Below are positions 9,577 through 18,068 of a DNA stretch of 64,000 bases, piece by piece. A program made the translations under genes and the position numbers. Under the pieces are notes generated by a model. That model was given only the letters and a program-made list of their open reading frames with translations. It had not been told where the DNA came from and made no database searches. Positions within the stretch are counted from its first letter, which is position 1, and each line of letters starts with the position of its first letter. The stretch is from Alphaproteobacteria bacterium (GTDB taxonomy: Bacteria; Pseudomonadota; Alphaproteobacteria; MPNO01), in the NCBI GenBank assembly GCA_964291675.2, contig OZ219865.1, forward strand, positions 608,001-672,000, given 5' to 3'.

Positions 9577-10871
9577 GGCGCGGCCCAGCCCGAGCGCGCG
9601 CGGCGCGCGGCATCGTGGCTGCGCCAGGTTTCGTCCCACCCTAGGCGGGGCGCCACCGTGTCGACGGCGAGCGGCGCCTCGCCCGGCCCGTCGCCCCGCA
9701 TCGGCGCCTCGGCGCCGCCGGCGACCGCCTCGATCGCGCCGATCAGCCGCCTGCGGTAGTGGATGATCGCCCGGTCGGACACGCCCAGATGCTCGGCGGT
9801 GCGGTCGTGGATCGGCCCCGGCGACTCGACCGCCCACTGGTCGTGCACGTTGATGTCGTCGCCCATGCCGGTATAGGTCCCGCGCACCTGCTCGGACGCA
9901 TCGAAGCCGTAGTCGTTGGCCTTGTTCAGCCGCGGCCGGTAGTCCGGCAGGGTATAGAGCTTGAGCCGCTGGTCGCGCATCGCCCGCTTGTCGAGCGTGT
10001 CTGCATAGCTGGTGAACATGGCGTACCACCAGCAATGGGTGTCGTCGATCGGCACGTGCCACTGGCTGATGATCATGTCGTTGCCGAGCGGGATGACGAT
10101 GGCGTTGGGGAAGAGAAGGTTGGTGATGCGCACGTGCCTGCTCGCCGCGTCGAGGTCGCGGAGCGCCGTCAGCCGCATGCCGTAGCCGGTGTCCTCGATC
10201 AGGATCTCGGGACAGGGAAACTCGCGCATGATCCAGGTGAGCGGGCGGTTCGCGCCGTCCACCCGGTCGCGGAACTGGAGGCCGTAGCCCTCCTCGGGGT
10301 CCTCGTCCTCGAAGAAGCGGTGCAGGAAGGAGCCATGCGCCGGGTCGATCCCGACTTCCAGCGCCTGCAGCCAATTGCATTCGAGATAGCCCTTGAAGGC
10401 GAAGGTGAACGCATCCGGCGCGGCGAAGCAGTCGAAATCCGGCAGCGGCGGCGGCTCGCCCGGGCCGAGCCAGGCGAAGACCACGCCGTTGCGCTCGACG
10501 CAGGGATAGCCCGGCATTCGGATCTTGGTGTGGAAGTTGCTGCCCTCGGGCTCCGCCGGCTGTTCGAGGCAGCGTCCCCTGCCGTCGAACAGCCAGCCGT
10601 GGAACGGGCAGCGCAGGCCGCCATTCTCCAGCCGGCCGAAACGCAGATCCGCCCCGCGATGGGGGCAGCGCCGGGCGGTCAGCCGGGGTTCGCCGTCATC
10701 GGCGCGGAACAGCACCAGGTCCTCGCCCATCAGCCGGACCGGCGCGAGCGGGCGGTCTGTGGCCAGCTCCTCGGCGAGCGCGGCGGGCTGCCAGTAGCGG
10801 CGCATCAGCGCTCCGCCCGGACTCCCCGCCCCGGTCTCGGTCACCAGCGCGTTCTGCTCGGCGCTCAGCAT
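9573..10871 (-). CDS. Rieske non-heme iron oxygenase alpha subunit (phthalate 4,5-dioxygenase/LigXa-like)
   Basis: CPHRG...CPFHGW Rieske ligands; NW..EVGIDPAHGSFLH and HD..AVES mononuclear Fe site. Confidence 0.92.
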   Translation of the reverse strand: MLSAEQNALVTETGAGSPGGALMRRYWQPAALAEELATDRPLAPVRLMGEDLVLFRADDGEPRLTARRCPHRGADLRFGRLENGGLRCPFHGWLFDGRGRCLEQPAEPEGSNFHTKIRMPGYPCVERNGVVFAWLGPGEPPPLPDFDCFAAPDAFTFAFKGYLECNWLQALEVGIDPAHGSFLHRFFEDEDPEEGYGLQFRDRVDGANRPLTWIMREFPCPEILIEDTGYGMRLTALRDLDAASRHVRITNLLFPNAIVIPLGNDMIISQWHVPIDDTHCWWYAMFTSYADTLDKRAMRDQRLKLYTLPDYRPRLNKANDYGFDASEQVRGTYTGMGDDINVHDQWAVESPGPIHDRTAEHLGVSDRAIIHYRRRLIGAIEAVAGGAEAPMRGDGPGEAPLAVDTVAPRLGWDETWRSHDAARRARSGWAAP

Positions 10872-10950
10872 GCCCCGGTTTTAGCACAGAGCGGGCCGTC
10901 CCTCGATACGCCCCCCGCGCCCTCGCCACGGCATGGCCGGCCCCCACGCC

Positions 10951-11073
10951 GTCATGGCCGGCCCCGGATCGAGTCCGGGGGTGATCCGGCCATCCATGCG
11001 GCCCCTCCGCCTGCGAGGCGGCTGGGCGGAAGGGGCGGCGCCAGTGGATACCCGGAATAAGTCCGGGCATGAC
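10951..11073. repeat. Family A palindrome copy with an extra hairpin inserted in its left arm
   Basis: GTCATGGCCGG-[CCCCGGATCGAGTCCGGGG]-GTGATCCGGCCATCCA ... TGGATACCCGGAATAAGTCCGGGCATGAC. Confidence 0.8.
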
Positions 11074-11114
11074 GAGGGGGGCGGGCGGCGGGCGCCGCGG
11101 GGCTCGCGCCGCAG

Positions 11115-11399
11115 CTACTCGGCCGGGGCTTCTTCGGCTGCCGCTCCGGTGCGATCGAGGATGAATCTTTCCACCAGGCCAAGCCTGCCCTTCACCTCGG
11201 ACAGACCCTCTTCGACCGAGCGCAGCCGCGCGCCGATGCCGTCGAAACGATCGTCGAAGCGCTTCTCGATGCCGTCGAGGCGCTTCTCGTTGGCGTCGAA
11301 CCGCTTCTCCATATCCCGGCGCAGCGATCCGTTCAGCGTGACGATCAGCGCGGCGAGCGCCGCGCCCACGCCCAGCATGGTGATCTGCATCGGGTCCAT
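11115..11399 (-). CDS. Small protein with N-terminal TM helix and coiled coil (94 aa), function unknown
   Basis: MDPMQITMLGVGAALAALIVTL then heptad repeats EKRFDAN/EKRLDGI/EKRFDD and LSEVKGR; GGGAG upstream of ATG 11399. Confidence 0.7.
   Translation of the reverse strand: MDPMQITMLGVGAALAALIVTLNGSLRRDMEKRFDANEKRLDGIEKRFDDRFDGIGARLRSVEEGLSEVKGRLGLVERFILDRTGAAAEEAPAE
11235..11309 (-). repeat. Degenerate 21-bp coding tandem repeat (heptads)
   Basis: GAGAAGCGGTTCGACGCCAAC / GAGAAGCGCCTCGACGGCATC / GAGAAGCGCTTCGAC... on the minus strand. Confidence 0.7.
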
Positions 11400-11517
11400 T
11401 GCGCGAACTCCCGCACACGCGCGCCATGCCTTTTCGTCAAGGCCCGGCACAGGTTAGCAAACCGCGCGAAATTCTTCTACGCCGCCGCGACCGGGGGTTG
11501 AGCCGGGGGCTCGCGCA

Positions 11518-11610
11518 TCATGGCCGGACTCGATCCGGCCATCCATACGGCGCCTCCACCTGCGAGGCGGCCGGCGGGGAGGGGCGGCGGCGCCAGCGGA
11601 TGCCCGGAAC
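11518..11610. repeat. Family A palindrome copy with truncated right arm
   Basis: TCATGGCCGGACTCGATCCGGCCATCCA + spacer closely similar to that of the 10951 copy + GGATGCCCGGAAC. Confidence 0.75.
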
Positions 11611-11715
11611 ACCTTCAGACTCGATCCGGAGCGTATCGAAGGGCGGGGCCGTCTTCTCTCGCCGCCTGCGAGCCGCTATACCACGCGCGGTTCAAGCCGG
11701 AGCGGGGAGCCGGAC

Positions 11716-12708
11716 ATGCGCGCGGTGGTCATCAGCGATACATCCAACCGGACGATCGGGATCGAGGAGGTCCCGGACCCCTCGCCCGCGGACGACGAGG
11801 TGGTGGTCGACGTAAGAGTCTGCGGCATCAACTTCACCGACCTGCTCTCGCTCGACGGCAAGTACCAGAACAACCCGCCGCCGCCCTTCACCCCGGGCAA
11901 GGATGCGGCCGGGGTGGTGTCCGCCCTCGGCGCCGGCGTCTCGGGGCTGAAGCAGGGCGACCGGGTGATCGCCCATGTGGTGCATGGCGGGCTCGCCGAG
12001 AAGGTCGCCTGCCCGGAGGCGCTGTGCTTCCCGCTGCCCGACGGGGTCGCGTTCGACGCCGCCGCCGCGATGGGGCTCGCCTACCAGACCGCCTACCACG
12101 CGCTGACCACGCGCGGGCGGCTGCAAGAGGGCGAGATCGTGCTGATCAACGGCGCCTCGGGCGGGGTCGGCATGGCGGCGGTCAACCTCGCCAGGCCGCT
12201 CGGCGCGGGGACGGTGCTGGCCGGCCTCTCCTCGCCCGCCAAGGCGGATGCGGTGCGCGCGGCCGGCGCCGACGCGGCGATCGACCTCACCCGGGAGAAT
12301 TTGCGCGAGTCGCTCCGCGCCCAGGTCTTCGAGGCGACCGGCAGGCGGCAGGCGGACCTCGTCTTCGACCTGGTGGGCGGGGAGGTGTTCGATGCCGCGC
12401 TCCGCGCCATCGGCGACGAGGGGCGCGCGGTGGTGGCCGGATTCACCTCCGGCGCCATCCCGCAAATCCGCACCAACTACCTGCTGCTGAAGAACATCGG
12501 CGTGCTGGGGATGACCATCAACAGCTACATCCACCGGCGCTCGCCCATTCTGGCGCAGGCGCAGTCCGCGCTGTTCGACCTCCTGCTCGCCGGCAGGATC
12601 GACCCCAACATCATGGCGCGCTACCCGTTCGAGCGCTACATGGACGCGATCGGGCTGCTGGAGGACCGCAAGGTCGTCGGCAAGGCGGTGCTGGAGATCG
12701 CCGCCTAG
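11716..12708 (+). CDS. NADPH:quinone oxidoreductase family (MDR) protein
   Basis: GINFTD..GKYQ..PPFTPG, NGASGGVG, DLVGG, LLLKNI, GKAVL. Confidence 0.9.
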   Translation: MRAVVISDTSNRTIGIEEVPDPSPADDEVVVDVRVCGINFTDLLSLDGKYQNNPPPPFTPGKDAAGVVSALGAGVSGLKQGDRVIAHVVHGGLAEKVACPEALCFPLPDGVAFDAAAAMGLAYQTAYHALTTRGRLQEGEIVLINGASGGVGMAAVNLARPLGAGTVLAGLSSPAKADAVRAAGADAAIDLTRENLRESLRAQVFEATGRRQADLVFDLVGGEVFDAALRAIGDEGRAVVAGFTSGAIPQIRTNYLLLKNIGVLGMTINSYIHRRSPILAQAQSALFDLLLAGRIDPNIMARYPFERYMDAIGLLEDRKVVGKAVLEIAA

Positions 12709-12756
12709 CGGACGGAGAGGCCGCACGGCGGGTCGGCTGGATCCGAGGAGGCAGGC

Positions 12757-13146
12757 ATGCACTACGTGGCCGTCATCGACAAGGACCCGGACAGCGCCTA
12801 CAGGATCCAGTTCCCCGAGGCGCCGGGATGCTATTCGGCCGCCGACTGCTTCGAGGACATCGTCCCCAAGGCGATCGAGGCGTTGAGCCTGTTCTTCGAG
12901 GACGGCGAGCCGGTGCCGCCGCGCGGCATCGAAGCGGTGCGCGACGAATGCGCCGCGAACATCGCGGACGGCGCCGTCCTCATGATGATTCCCTATGTCC
13001 GGGATCGGAGAAGCGCGGTGCGGGTGAATTTGCGTCTGGAGAAGGGGTTTCTGGACACTCTGGACGAGGCGGCGCGGATGCGGGGGATGACGCGCTCGGC
13101 GTTCGTCCAGAAGGCCGCGATGCGGGACATCGTCGACCCGGCCTGA
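12757..13146 (+). CDS. hicB: HicB-family antitoxin with C-terminal ribbon-helix-helix (orphan)
   Basis: YVAVIDKD..AY.IQFPEAPGCYSAAD...A.EAL N-domain; RVNLRL...LDEAARMRGMTRSAF RHH; GAGGAGG upstream. Confidence 0.82.
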   Translation: MHYVAVIDKDPDSAYRIQFPEAPGCYSAADCFEDIVPKAIEALSLFFEDGEPVPPRGIEAVRDECAANIADGAVLMMIPYVRDRRSAVRVNLRLEKGFLDTLDEAARMRGMTRSAFVQKAAMRDIVDPA

Positions 13147-13175
13147 CGCACCGGGGTGGCGGCGCGTCAGGCCGG
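13138..13175. terminator. 12-bp perfect inverted repeat spanning the stops of two convergent genes (possible bidirectional stem-loop)
   Basis: CCGGCCTGACGC-N14-GCGTCAGGCCGG; no U-tract. Confidence 0.35.
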
Positions 13176-14516
13176 CGCTTCGGCAGCCTCGGCGACGGTG
13201 GCGGCGGCGGGGAGCTCCACGACGCTGCGGCAGAGCGTGATCAGCCGTTCGGTGCGGTCGGTGCCGAGCACCGGGTCCGCGAGCGTGTGCACCTTGGCAT
13301 CGAGATCGGCGTCGGTCATCGGGTTCTCCAGGCTGCCATAGGCGTGCTCGACGAAGGTCTCGAAGGTCCGCCCGTCATGGCTCTCGATCCGCACCCGCGC
13401 CTGGTCGCGTTCGAGACCGTCGTCGGGGCGCGCCTCGACGCGCGCGCGCAGCGCCACCGTATCGTCCCGCCCGATCGCCTGTTCGGTGAGCTCCGCGATC
13501 CCCGCCGCGCCGTGGACGATCCCGGTGGCGCAGACATGCTGGATCGAGAGCCGCGCCTCCAGCGCGGTCGTGGGCTCCGGGTTGTCGGTCAGCATCAGCG
13601 CGATCGGGTTGACCGCGACCTCGATGCGCGCGATCTCGTCGGCGGCGAGCCCGTGCGCGCGGCGCAGCCTTATGCAGCCGTCGATCGCCGGGTGCGCGAC
13701 GATCCCGGTGGCGAACGGCTTGTAGGTGTTCTCCAACGTCTCCCAGCGCTCGCCGAGGGCGTCGGTCATTTGCGCCCAGTCGTGGCGGCGCGACAGCACC
13801 TTGGCGAAGCCCGCCTCGGCCTCGATCCCGGCATCCGAGCTCACCAGCCCCTCGCGCGCGAACAGCGCCGAGGCGAGGCCGTTCTGGGCGGCGCGCCCGG
13901 CATGCAGGATACGCGCCATGCCGCCGAACATCTCGCGCAGCCCGGCGGCCTGGGTCGCCGCCGCGCTCAGCGCCCAGCGCGTCCCCTGCTCGTCGAGCCC
14001 GAGCAGCTTCGAGCACGCCGCCGCCGCGCCGATCACCCCGCAGGTGCCGGTGATGTGCCAGCCGTGGCGGTAATGGTCGGGCGAGATGCCGTTGCCGATC
14101 TTGCAGGCGACTTCGATGCCGATCACCAGCGCGTGCAGGAAGGCCGCGCCCGACACCGGCATGTGCTGCGACAGCGCGAGCACCGCCGGCGCAATCGGGC
14201 TTGCCGGGTGGATCACCGTCCTGAGATGGGTGTCGTCGAAGTCGAGAACCGCGCCGCTCGCCCCGTTGAGCAGGCAGGCGGTGAGCGGGTCGGTACGCCG
14301 GGCGCTGCCCAGCACGGTGGCCTCCGGGCCGCCGGCGAACGGCCCGACGGCACGCCAGATCGTGCCCAGCGCGTCGTGCGATGCGCCGCCGACGCAGCCG
14401 CCCACCCAGTTGACCAGAGTCCGCGCGGCCTCCCGCCGGACCGCCCGCGGCAGGTCCTCGAAACGCGCGCCGACGACGAACTCGGCGAGGATGGCGGTGA
14501 CCGGCGGACGCAGCAC
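13167..14516 (-). CDS. MmgE/PrpD family protein
   Basis: LDFDDTH..IHPASP, GWHITGTCG, LHAGRAA, TYKPFA...HPAID; start (GTG 14516) uncertain. Confidence 0.88.
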   Translation of the reverse strand: MLRPPVTAILAEFVVGARFEDLPRAVRREAARTLVNWVGGCVGGASHDALGTIWRAVGPFAGGPEATVLGSARRTDPLTACLLNGASGAVLDFDDTHLRTVIHPASPIAPAVLALSQHMPVSGAAFLHALVIGIEVACKIGNGISPDHYRHGWHITGTCGVIGAAAACSKLLGLDEQGTRWALSAAATQAAGLREMFGGMARILHAGRAAQNGLASALFAREGLVSSDAGIEAEAGFAKVLSRRHDWAQMTDALGERWETLENTYKPFATGIVAHPAIDGCIRLRRAHGLAADEIARIEVAVNPIALMLTDNPEPTTALEARLSIQHVCATGIVHGAAGIAELTEQAIGRDDTVALRARVEARPDDGLERDQARVRIESHDGRTFETFVEHAYGSLENPMTDADLDAKVHTLADPVLGTDRTERLITLCRSVVELPAAATVAEAAEAPA

Positions 14517-14524
14517 GAACGGGC

Positions 14525-16240
14525 TCAGAATTTGTGGAACTCGGCCCACTCGGCCGAGCGGTAGTGGTTTTCCCAGCCGTCGACATGGACGTCGATGACG
14601 CTGGTCACGCCCGAGGCGGCGGCGCGTTCGAGCGCGGGCTCCAGCTCGTCGGGGCGCTCGACCTTCTCGCCGCGCGCGCCATAGGCCTCGGCGAGCCCGA
14701 CAAGGTCGGTCTGGCCGTAATCGGAGCCGATCTGCCGTCCGCCATAGACGTTTTGCTGGAACACGCGGAGCGCGCCGTAGCTGCAATCGTTGTAGACCAC
14801 GACGATCACCGGCAGGTTCTCCCGCACCGAGGTCTCGATCTCCTGCGCGTTCATGCCGAAATCGCCGTCGCCGATCGGCACCACCACCTGGCGTCCCGGC
14901 CGGGCGAGCTTGGCGCCGAGCGCGGCGGGGAAGGCCCAGGCCATGGTGCCTGAGCCCGCCGCCCACTGGTACTGGTCGGGGTAGCGGATGGGCAGGGCAT
15001 GGGCGAACTGGGTGTGCAGCCCGGCGCCGATCAGGAACAGCGCGTCGCGGTCGCAGACCGCCTCCAGCGCCCGCGTGATGCGCTGCGGCTTGATCGGCAC
15101 CGCGTCGAGCTCGGTGTCGTAGTAGCGCCGGTCCTGGTCCGCCCTGAGCTCGGCGACGCGGGCTTCGCGCGCCTGCCGCAGCGAGGCGCCGGCTTCGATA
15201 TCCCGGGCTTCGCAGTAGTCCAGCAGGTCGTGCAGGAAGGCGCCGGAGCAGGCGTGGATGCCGAGCGCGACCGCGTATTGCCGGCCGATCTCGATCGGGT
15301 CGGTCTCCACCTGGACGATCTTCGCGTCCGCCGCGATCGTCTGCCAGTTGATGGTATTCACGTTGAGGAAGCGCGAGCCGAGACCCAGCACCCGATCGGC
15401 CTCGCGCATCAGCGCGTTGGCCGTCGAATGGCCGAAATGGCCGGCGATGCCGCCCGCAAGCGCGTGGTCTTCGGGGATCGCGCCGCGCCCCATCTCGGTG
15501 GTGGCGACCGGGATGGCGAGGCGTTCGGCAAGCTCCCGCAGCCGGTCCGAGGCGCCGGCCCATTTGACCCCCCTGCCGGCCAGGATCAGCGGCCGCTCGG
15601 CGTCGACGAGCAGCGCCGCGGCCTCCTCGACCGCCCAGGCCTCGGGCCTGGGCGCGTTGGCGAGGCGCCGCGAATGGGCGCCGCCCCGGAGCGACAGGTC
15701 GGCCGAGTCGACCGCGACCGGCTGCGCCAGCAGGTCCTTGGGAAAGTCGAGATGGACCGGCCCCGGCATGCCCGACTTGGCGGCCTGGAACGCGGTCCGC
15801 ATCAGGCGCCTCGTGTCCTTGGCCTCGATGAGCTGGTCGTTCCACTTGGTGACCTTGCCCATCACCCCCATGACGTCGAACTCGTGCCACAGATTGCGGT
15901 TGAGCCGGAAGGTGTCGAGATTGGCCGACATCGCCAGAAGCGGCACCGCGTCCTTCTGCGCCGACCAGACGCCGAGCACGGTGTTGGAGATGCTCGGCCC
16001 GACATGGAACAGGCAGCAGCCGATCCTGCCGGTCACCCGCGAGTAGCCGTCGGCCATCGCCGTCGCGCCGGTCTCGAAGCGCGCGGTGATGTAGCGGATC
16101 TCGTTCTCGCGGTGATAGATCGCATCGAGGATCGGCAGCACCGTGTCGCCGGTCACGCCGAACACGTACTCGACGCCCTCTTCGACCAGCGCATCGACGA
16201 TCGCCTCCGCCGCGGTCTCGGCATTCGGACGGGCCGCCAT
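14525..16240 (-). CDS. Thiamine-diphosphate-dependent enzyme (acetolactate synthase-like family)
   Basis: EGVEYVFGVTGD, RFE, GPVHLDFP, GDGDFGM...NDCSYG ThDP motif; GGAGG upstream. Confidence 0.9.
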   Translation of the reverse strand: MAARPNAETAAEAIVDALVEEGVEYVFGVTGDTVLPILDAIYHRENEIRYITARFETGATAMADGYSRVTGRIGCCLFHVGPSISNTVLGVWSAQKDAVPLLAMSANLDTFRLNRNLWHEFDVMGVMGKVTKWNDQLIEAKDTRRLMRTAFQAAKSGMPGPVHLDFPKDLLAQPVAVDSADLSLRGGAHSRRLANAPRPEAWAVEEAAALLVDAERPLILAGRGVKWAGASDRLRELAERLAIPVATTEMGRGAIPEDHALAGGIAGHFGHSTANALMREADRVLGLGSRFLNVNTINWQTIAADAKIVQVETDPIEIGRQYAVALGIHACSGAFLHDLLDYCEARDIEAGASLRQAREARVAELRADQDRRYYDTELDAVPIKPQRITRALEAVCDRDALFLIGAGLHTQFAHALPIRYPDQYQWAAGSGTMAWAFPAALGAKLARPGRQVVVPIGDGDFGMNAQEIETSVRENLPVIVVVYNDCSYGALRVFQQNVYGGRQIGSDYGQTDLVGLAEAYGARGEKVERPDELEPALERAAASGVTSVIDVHVDGWENHYRSAEWAEFHKF

Positions 16241-16343
16241 CGCCTCCCCTGCCCTGCTTCGGGTCAAGCATATCGTTCCGCCCGGGCCGTTGCACGCCAC
16301 GCGCGGCGGCCGATAATCGCCGCACAACGACGGGAGAACGGCG

Positions 16344-17780
16344 ATGGCGGAAGTGGCCCTGCTGGATTCGTGGATCGACGGCCGCGAAGACCCGCGCGAC
16401 GACCAGGCGCGCTACGAGCTGATATCGCCGGTGGACGGCAGCGTCGCATCGCGAATCGTCGATTCCGATGCCGCACTGGTCGATTCGGCGGTCGCGAGCG
16501 CGCTGGCTGCGTTCCGCGCGCACCGCGCCACGCCGGCGGCGACCCGCGCGGCGTGGCTCGCCGATGCCGCGGACGAGATCGAGGCGGAGAAGCAGGCGAT
16601 CGTGGCCGCGCTGATCCGCGACATCGGCAAGCCGGTCCGCCCCGCGACCTTCGAGGCCGGGCGGTCCGCCGCCTTCGTGCGCATGGTCGCGGCCGAGATC
16701 GGCGCGCTCAGGGGCGAGACCCTGCCGCTCGACATCGCCGCCCAGGGCGCCGGGCGGCACGGCTTCACCCGGCGGGTCCCATATGGCGTGGTGGGCGCGA
16801 TCACGCCGTTCAACGCGCCGGCCAATCTGCTGGTCCAGAAGGTCGCGCCGGCGCTCGCCATGGGCAACGCGGTCGTCGTCAAGCCGGCGCCGCAGGGGGT
16901 CGAGACGGCGCTGATCGTCGCCCGCGCGTTCCAGCGGGCCGGGCTGCCGGACGGGATGTTCAACATCGTGCCGGGCAACCGGGAGACCGCGCGGGCGCTG
17001 GCGGCCCACCCGGATGTCTCGGCGGTGACGTTCACCGGCGGCACCGCGGCGGGCGATGCGCTGGCCCGCGCCGCGGGCGCCAAGAAGTTCGTCGCCGAGC
17101 TCGGCTCGAACGCCGCCAACATCGTCTGCGCCGACGCCGATCTCGACGACGCGGCGACGCGGATCGCCGGCTCCGCCTTCGAGGCGTCGGGCCAGCAATG
17201 CATCTCGGCCCAGCGGGTCATCGTCGACCGGGAAGTCGTCGACGGATTCCTGAAAAAATTCGTCGTTGCGGCAAGGGCACTCGTCGTCGGCGAGGCCGCG
17301 GACGAGGCCACCGCGGTCGGGCCGATGGTCAGCACCGCCGCAGCCGACCGGGTCCAGTCGATGATCGACGATGCGGTCGAGCGCGGCGCGGCGCTCGCCC
17401 TCGCGCCCACCCGCGAGCACGCGATCCTGGGCCCCGCGATCGTGGTCGATCCGCCGCGCGAGGCGAGGCTGATGTCGGAAGAGGCGTTCGGCCCGGTCGC
17501 CGTCGTCATCCCGGCGGACGGGGTGGAGGACGCGCTCGCCATCGCCAACGATTCGGAGTTCGGGCTCCAGGGCGCCTGCTTCACCCGCGACCTTGCCACC
17601 GCCTTCCGGGTCGCCGACGAGCTCGACGTGGGCTCGCTCTGGATCAACGAGGGCAGCCGCTTCCGGCTCGACACCTACCCGTTCGGCGGGTCCAGGCGCT
17701 CGGGCTTCGGCCGCGAGGGCGTGCGCTACGCGATGGAGGAGCTGTCGCAGCTCAAATTCGTCGGCATACGCCTGCCTTGA
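16344..17780 (+). CDS. Aldehyde dehydrogenase family protein
   Basis: ITPFNAP, FTGG, ELGSN, GQQCIS, EEAFGPV, PFGG..SGFGREG. Confidence 0.93.
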   Translation: MAEVALLDSWIDGREDPRDDQARYELISPVDGSVASRIVDSDAALVDSAVASALAAFRAHRATPAATRAAWLADAADEIEAEKQAIVAALIRDIGKPVRPATFEAGRSAAFVRMVAAEIGALRGETLPLDIAAQGAGRHGFTRRVPYGVVGAITPFNAPANLLVQKVAPALAMGNAVVVKPAPQGVETALIVARAFQRAGLPDGMFNIVPGNRETARALAAHPDVSAVTFTGGTAAGDALARAAGAKKFVAELGSNAANIVCADADLDDAATRIAGSAFEASGQQCISAQRVIVDREVVDGFLKKFVVAARALVVGEAADEATAVGPMVSTAAADRVQSMIDDAVERGAALALAPTREHAILGPAIVVDPPREARLMSEEAFGPVAVVIPADGVEDALAIANDSEFGLQGACFTRDLATAFRVADELDVGSLWINEGSRFRLDTYPFGGSRRSGFGREGVRYAMEELSQLKFVGIRLP

Positions 17781-17789
17781 CCGGGGCCG

Positions 17790-18005
17790 CTATTCGGCGG
17801 GCATGACGGATCCCGCCTGACGCACGAAGAGAGCCTCGATGGAATCGAATCTACCCTTGAGTTCGGAGAGCTCTCGGCCCAGGGCCTGATGATCCTTCGC
17901 CAGATCGTCGACCTTGCCTTCGACGCGCCGAAGATCGCTCCGCAGCCAAAGGAAGCCAACAATCAGAAGGAGCGGAGTACCGTACTGTGCCAGCAACAGG
18001 GCCAT
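17790..18005 (-). CDS. Small protein with N-terminal TM helix and coiled coil (71 aa), function unknown
   Basis: YGTPLLLIVGFLWL then LRSDLRRVEGKVDDL...LSELKGR...PAE; AGGAGA 11 nt upstream; local GC visibly lower. Confidence 0.65.
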   Translation of the reverse strand: MALLLAQYGTPLLLIVGFLWLRSDLRRVEGKVDDLAKDHQALGRELSELKGRFDSIEALFVRQAGSVMPAE

Positions 18006-18042
18006 GGGCGATGATGTCTCCTATGCACCGGTCTTGGCCACT

Positions 18043-18068
18043 ATATGGGGAGCGAGCCGTATTTCAAC
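18043..18068 (-). promoter_or_regulatory. Candidate RpoH (sigma32)-like promoter for the 71-aa gene
   Basis: Minus strand GTTGAA-atacggctcgct-CCCCATAT; spacer slightly short for the consensus; a second CCCCATAT copy lies 46 bp further upstream. Confidence 0.3.

Noticed and set aside
11520-14564. Very long alternative ORFs (e.g. 11520-14564 +, 14999-17806 +, 36807-39326 +, 50289-53411 +)
   Set aside because: Arg/Gly/Pro-rich shadow frames over motif-bearing genes; expected at this GC content because stop codons are scarce.
13167-17420. Apparent 1417-aa ORF and other N-terminally extended ORFs (8110-10380, 18976-20952, 48760-51240, 29963-31579, 35200-37500) suggesting fusions
   Set aside because: Only the C-terminal part carries family motifs; the extensions overlap neighbouring real genes, and internal starts with RBS or stop/start coupling exist.
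18038-18050. NrdR box
   Set aside because: Shorter than the 16-bp palindromic consensus and no nrd genes are adjacent.
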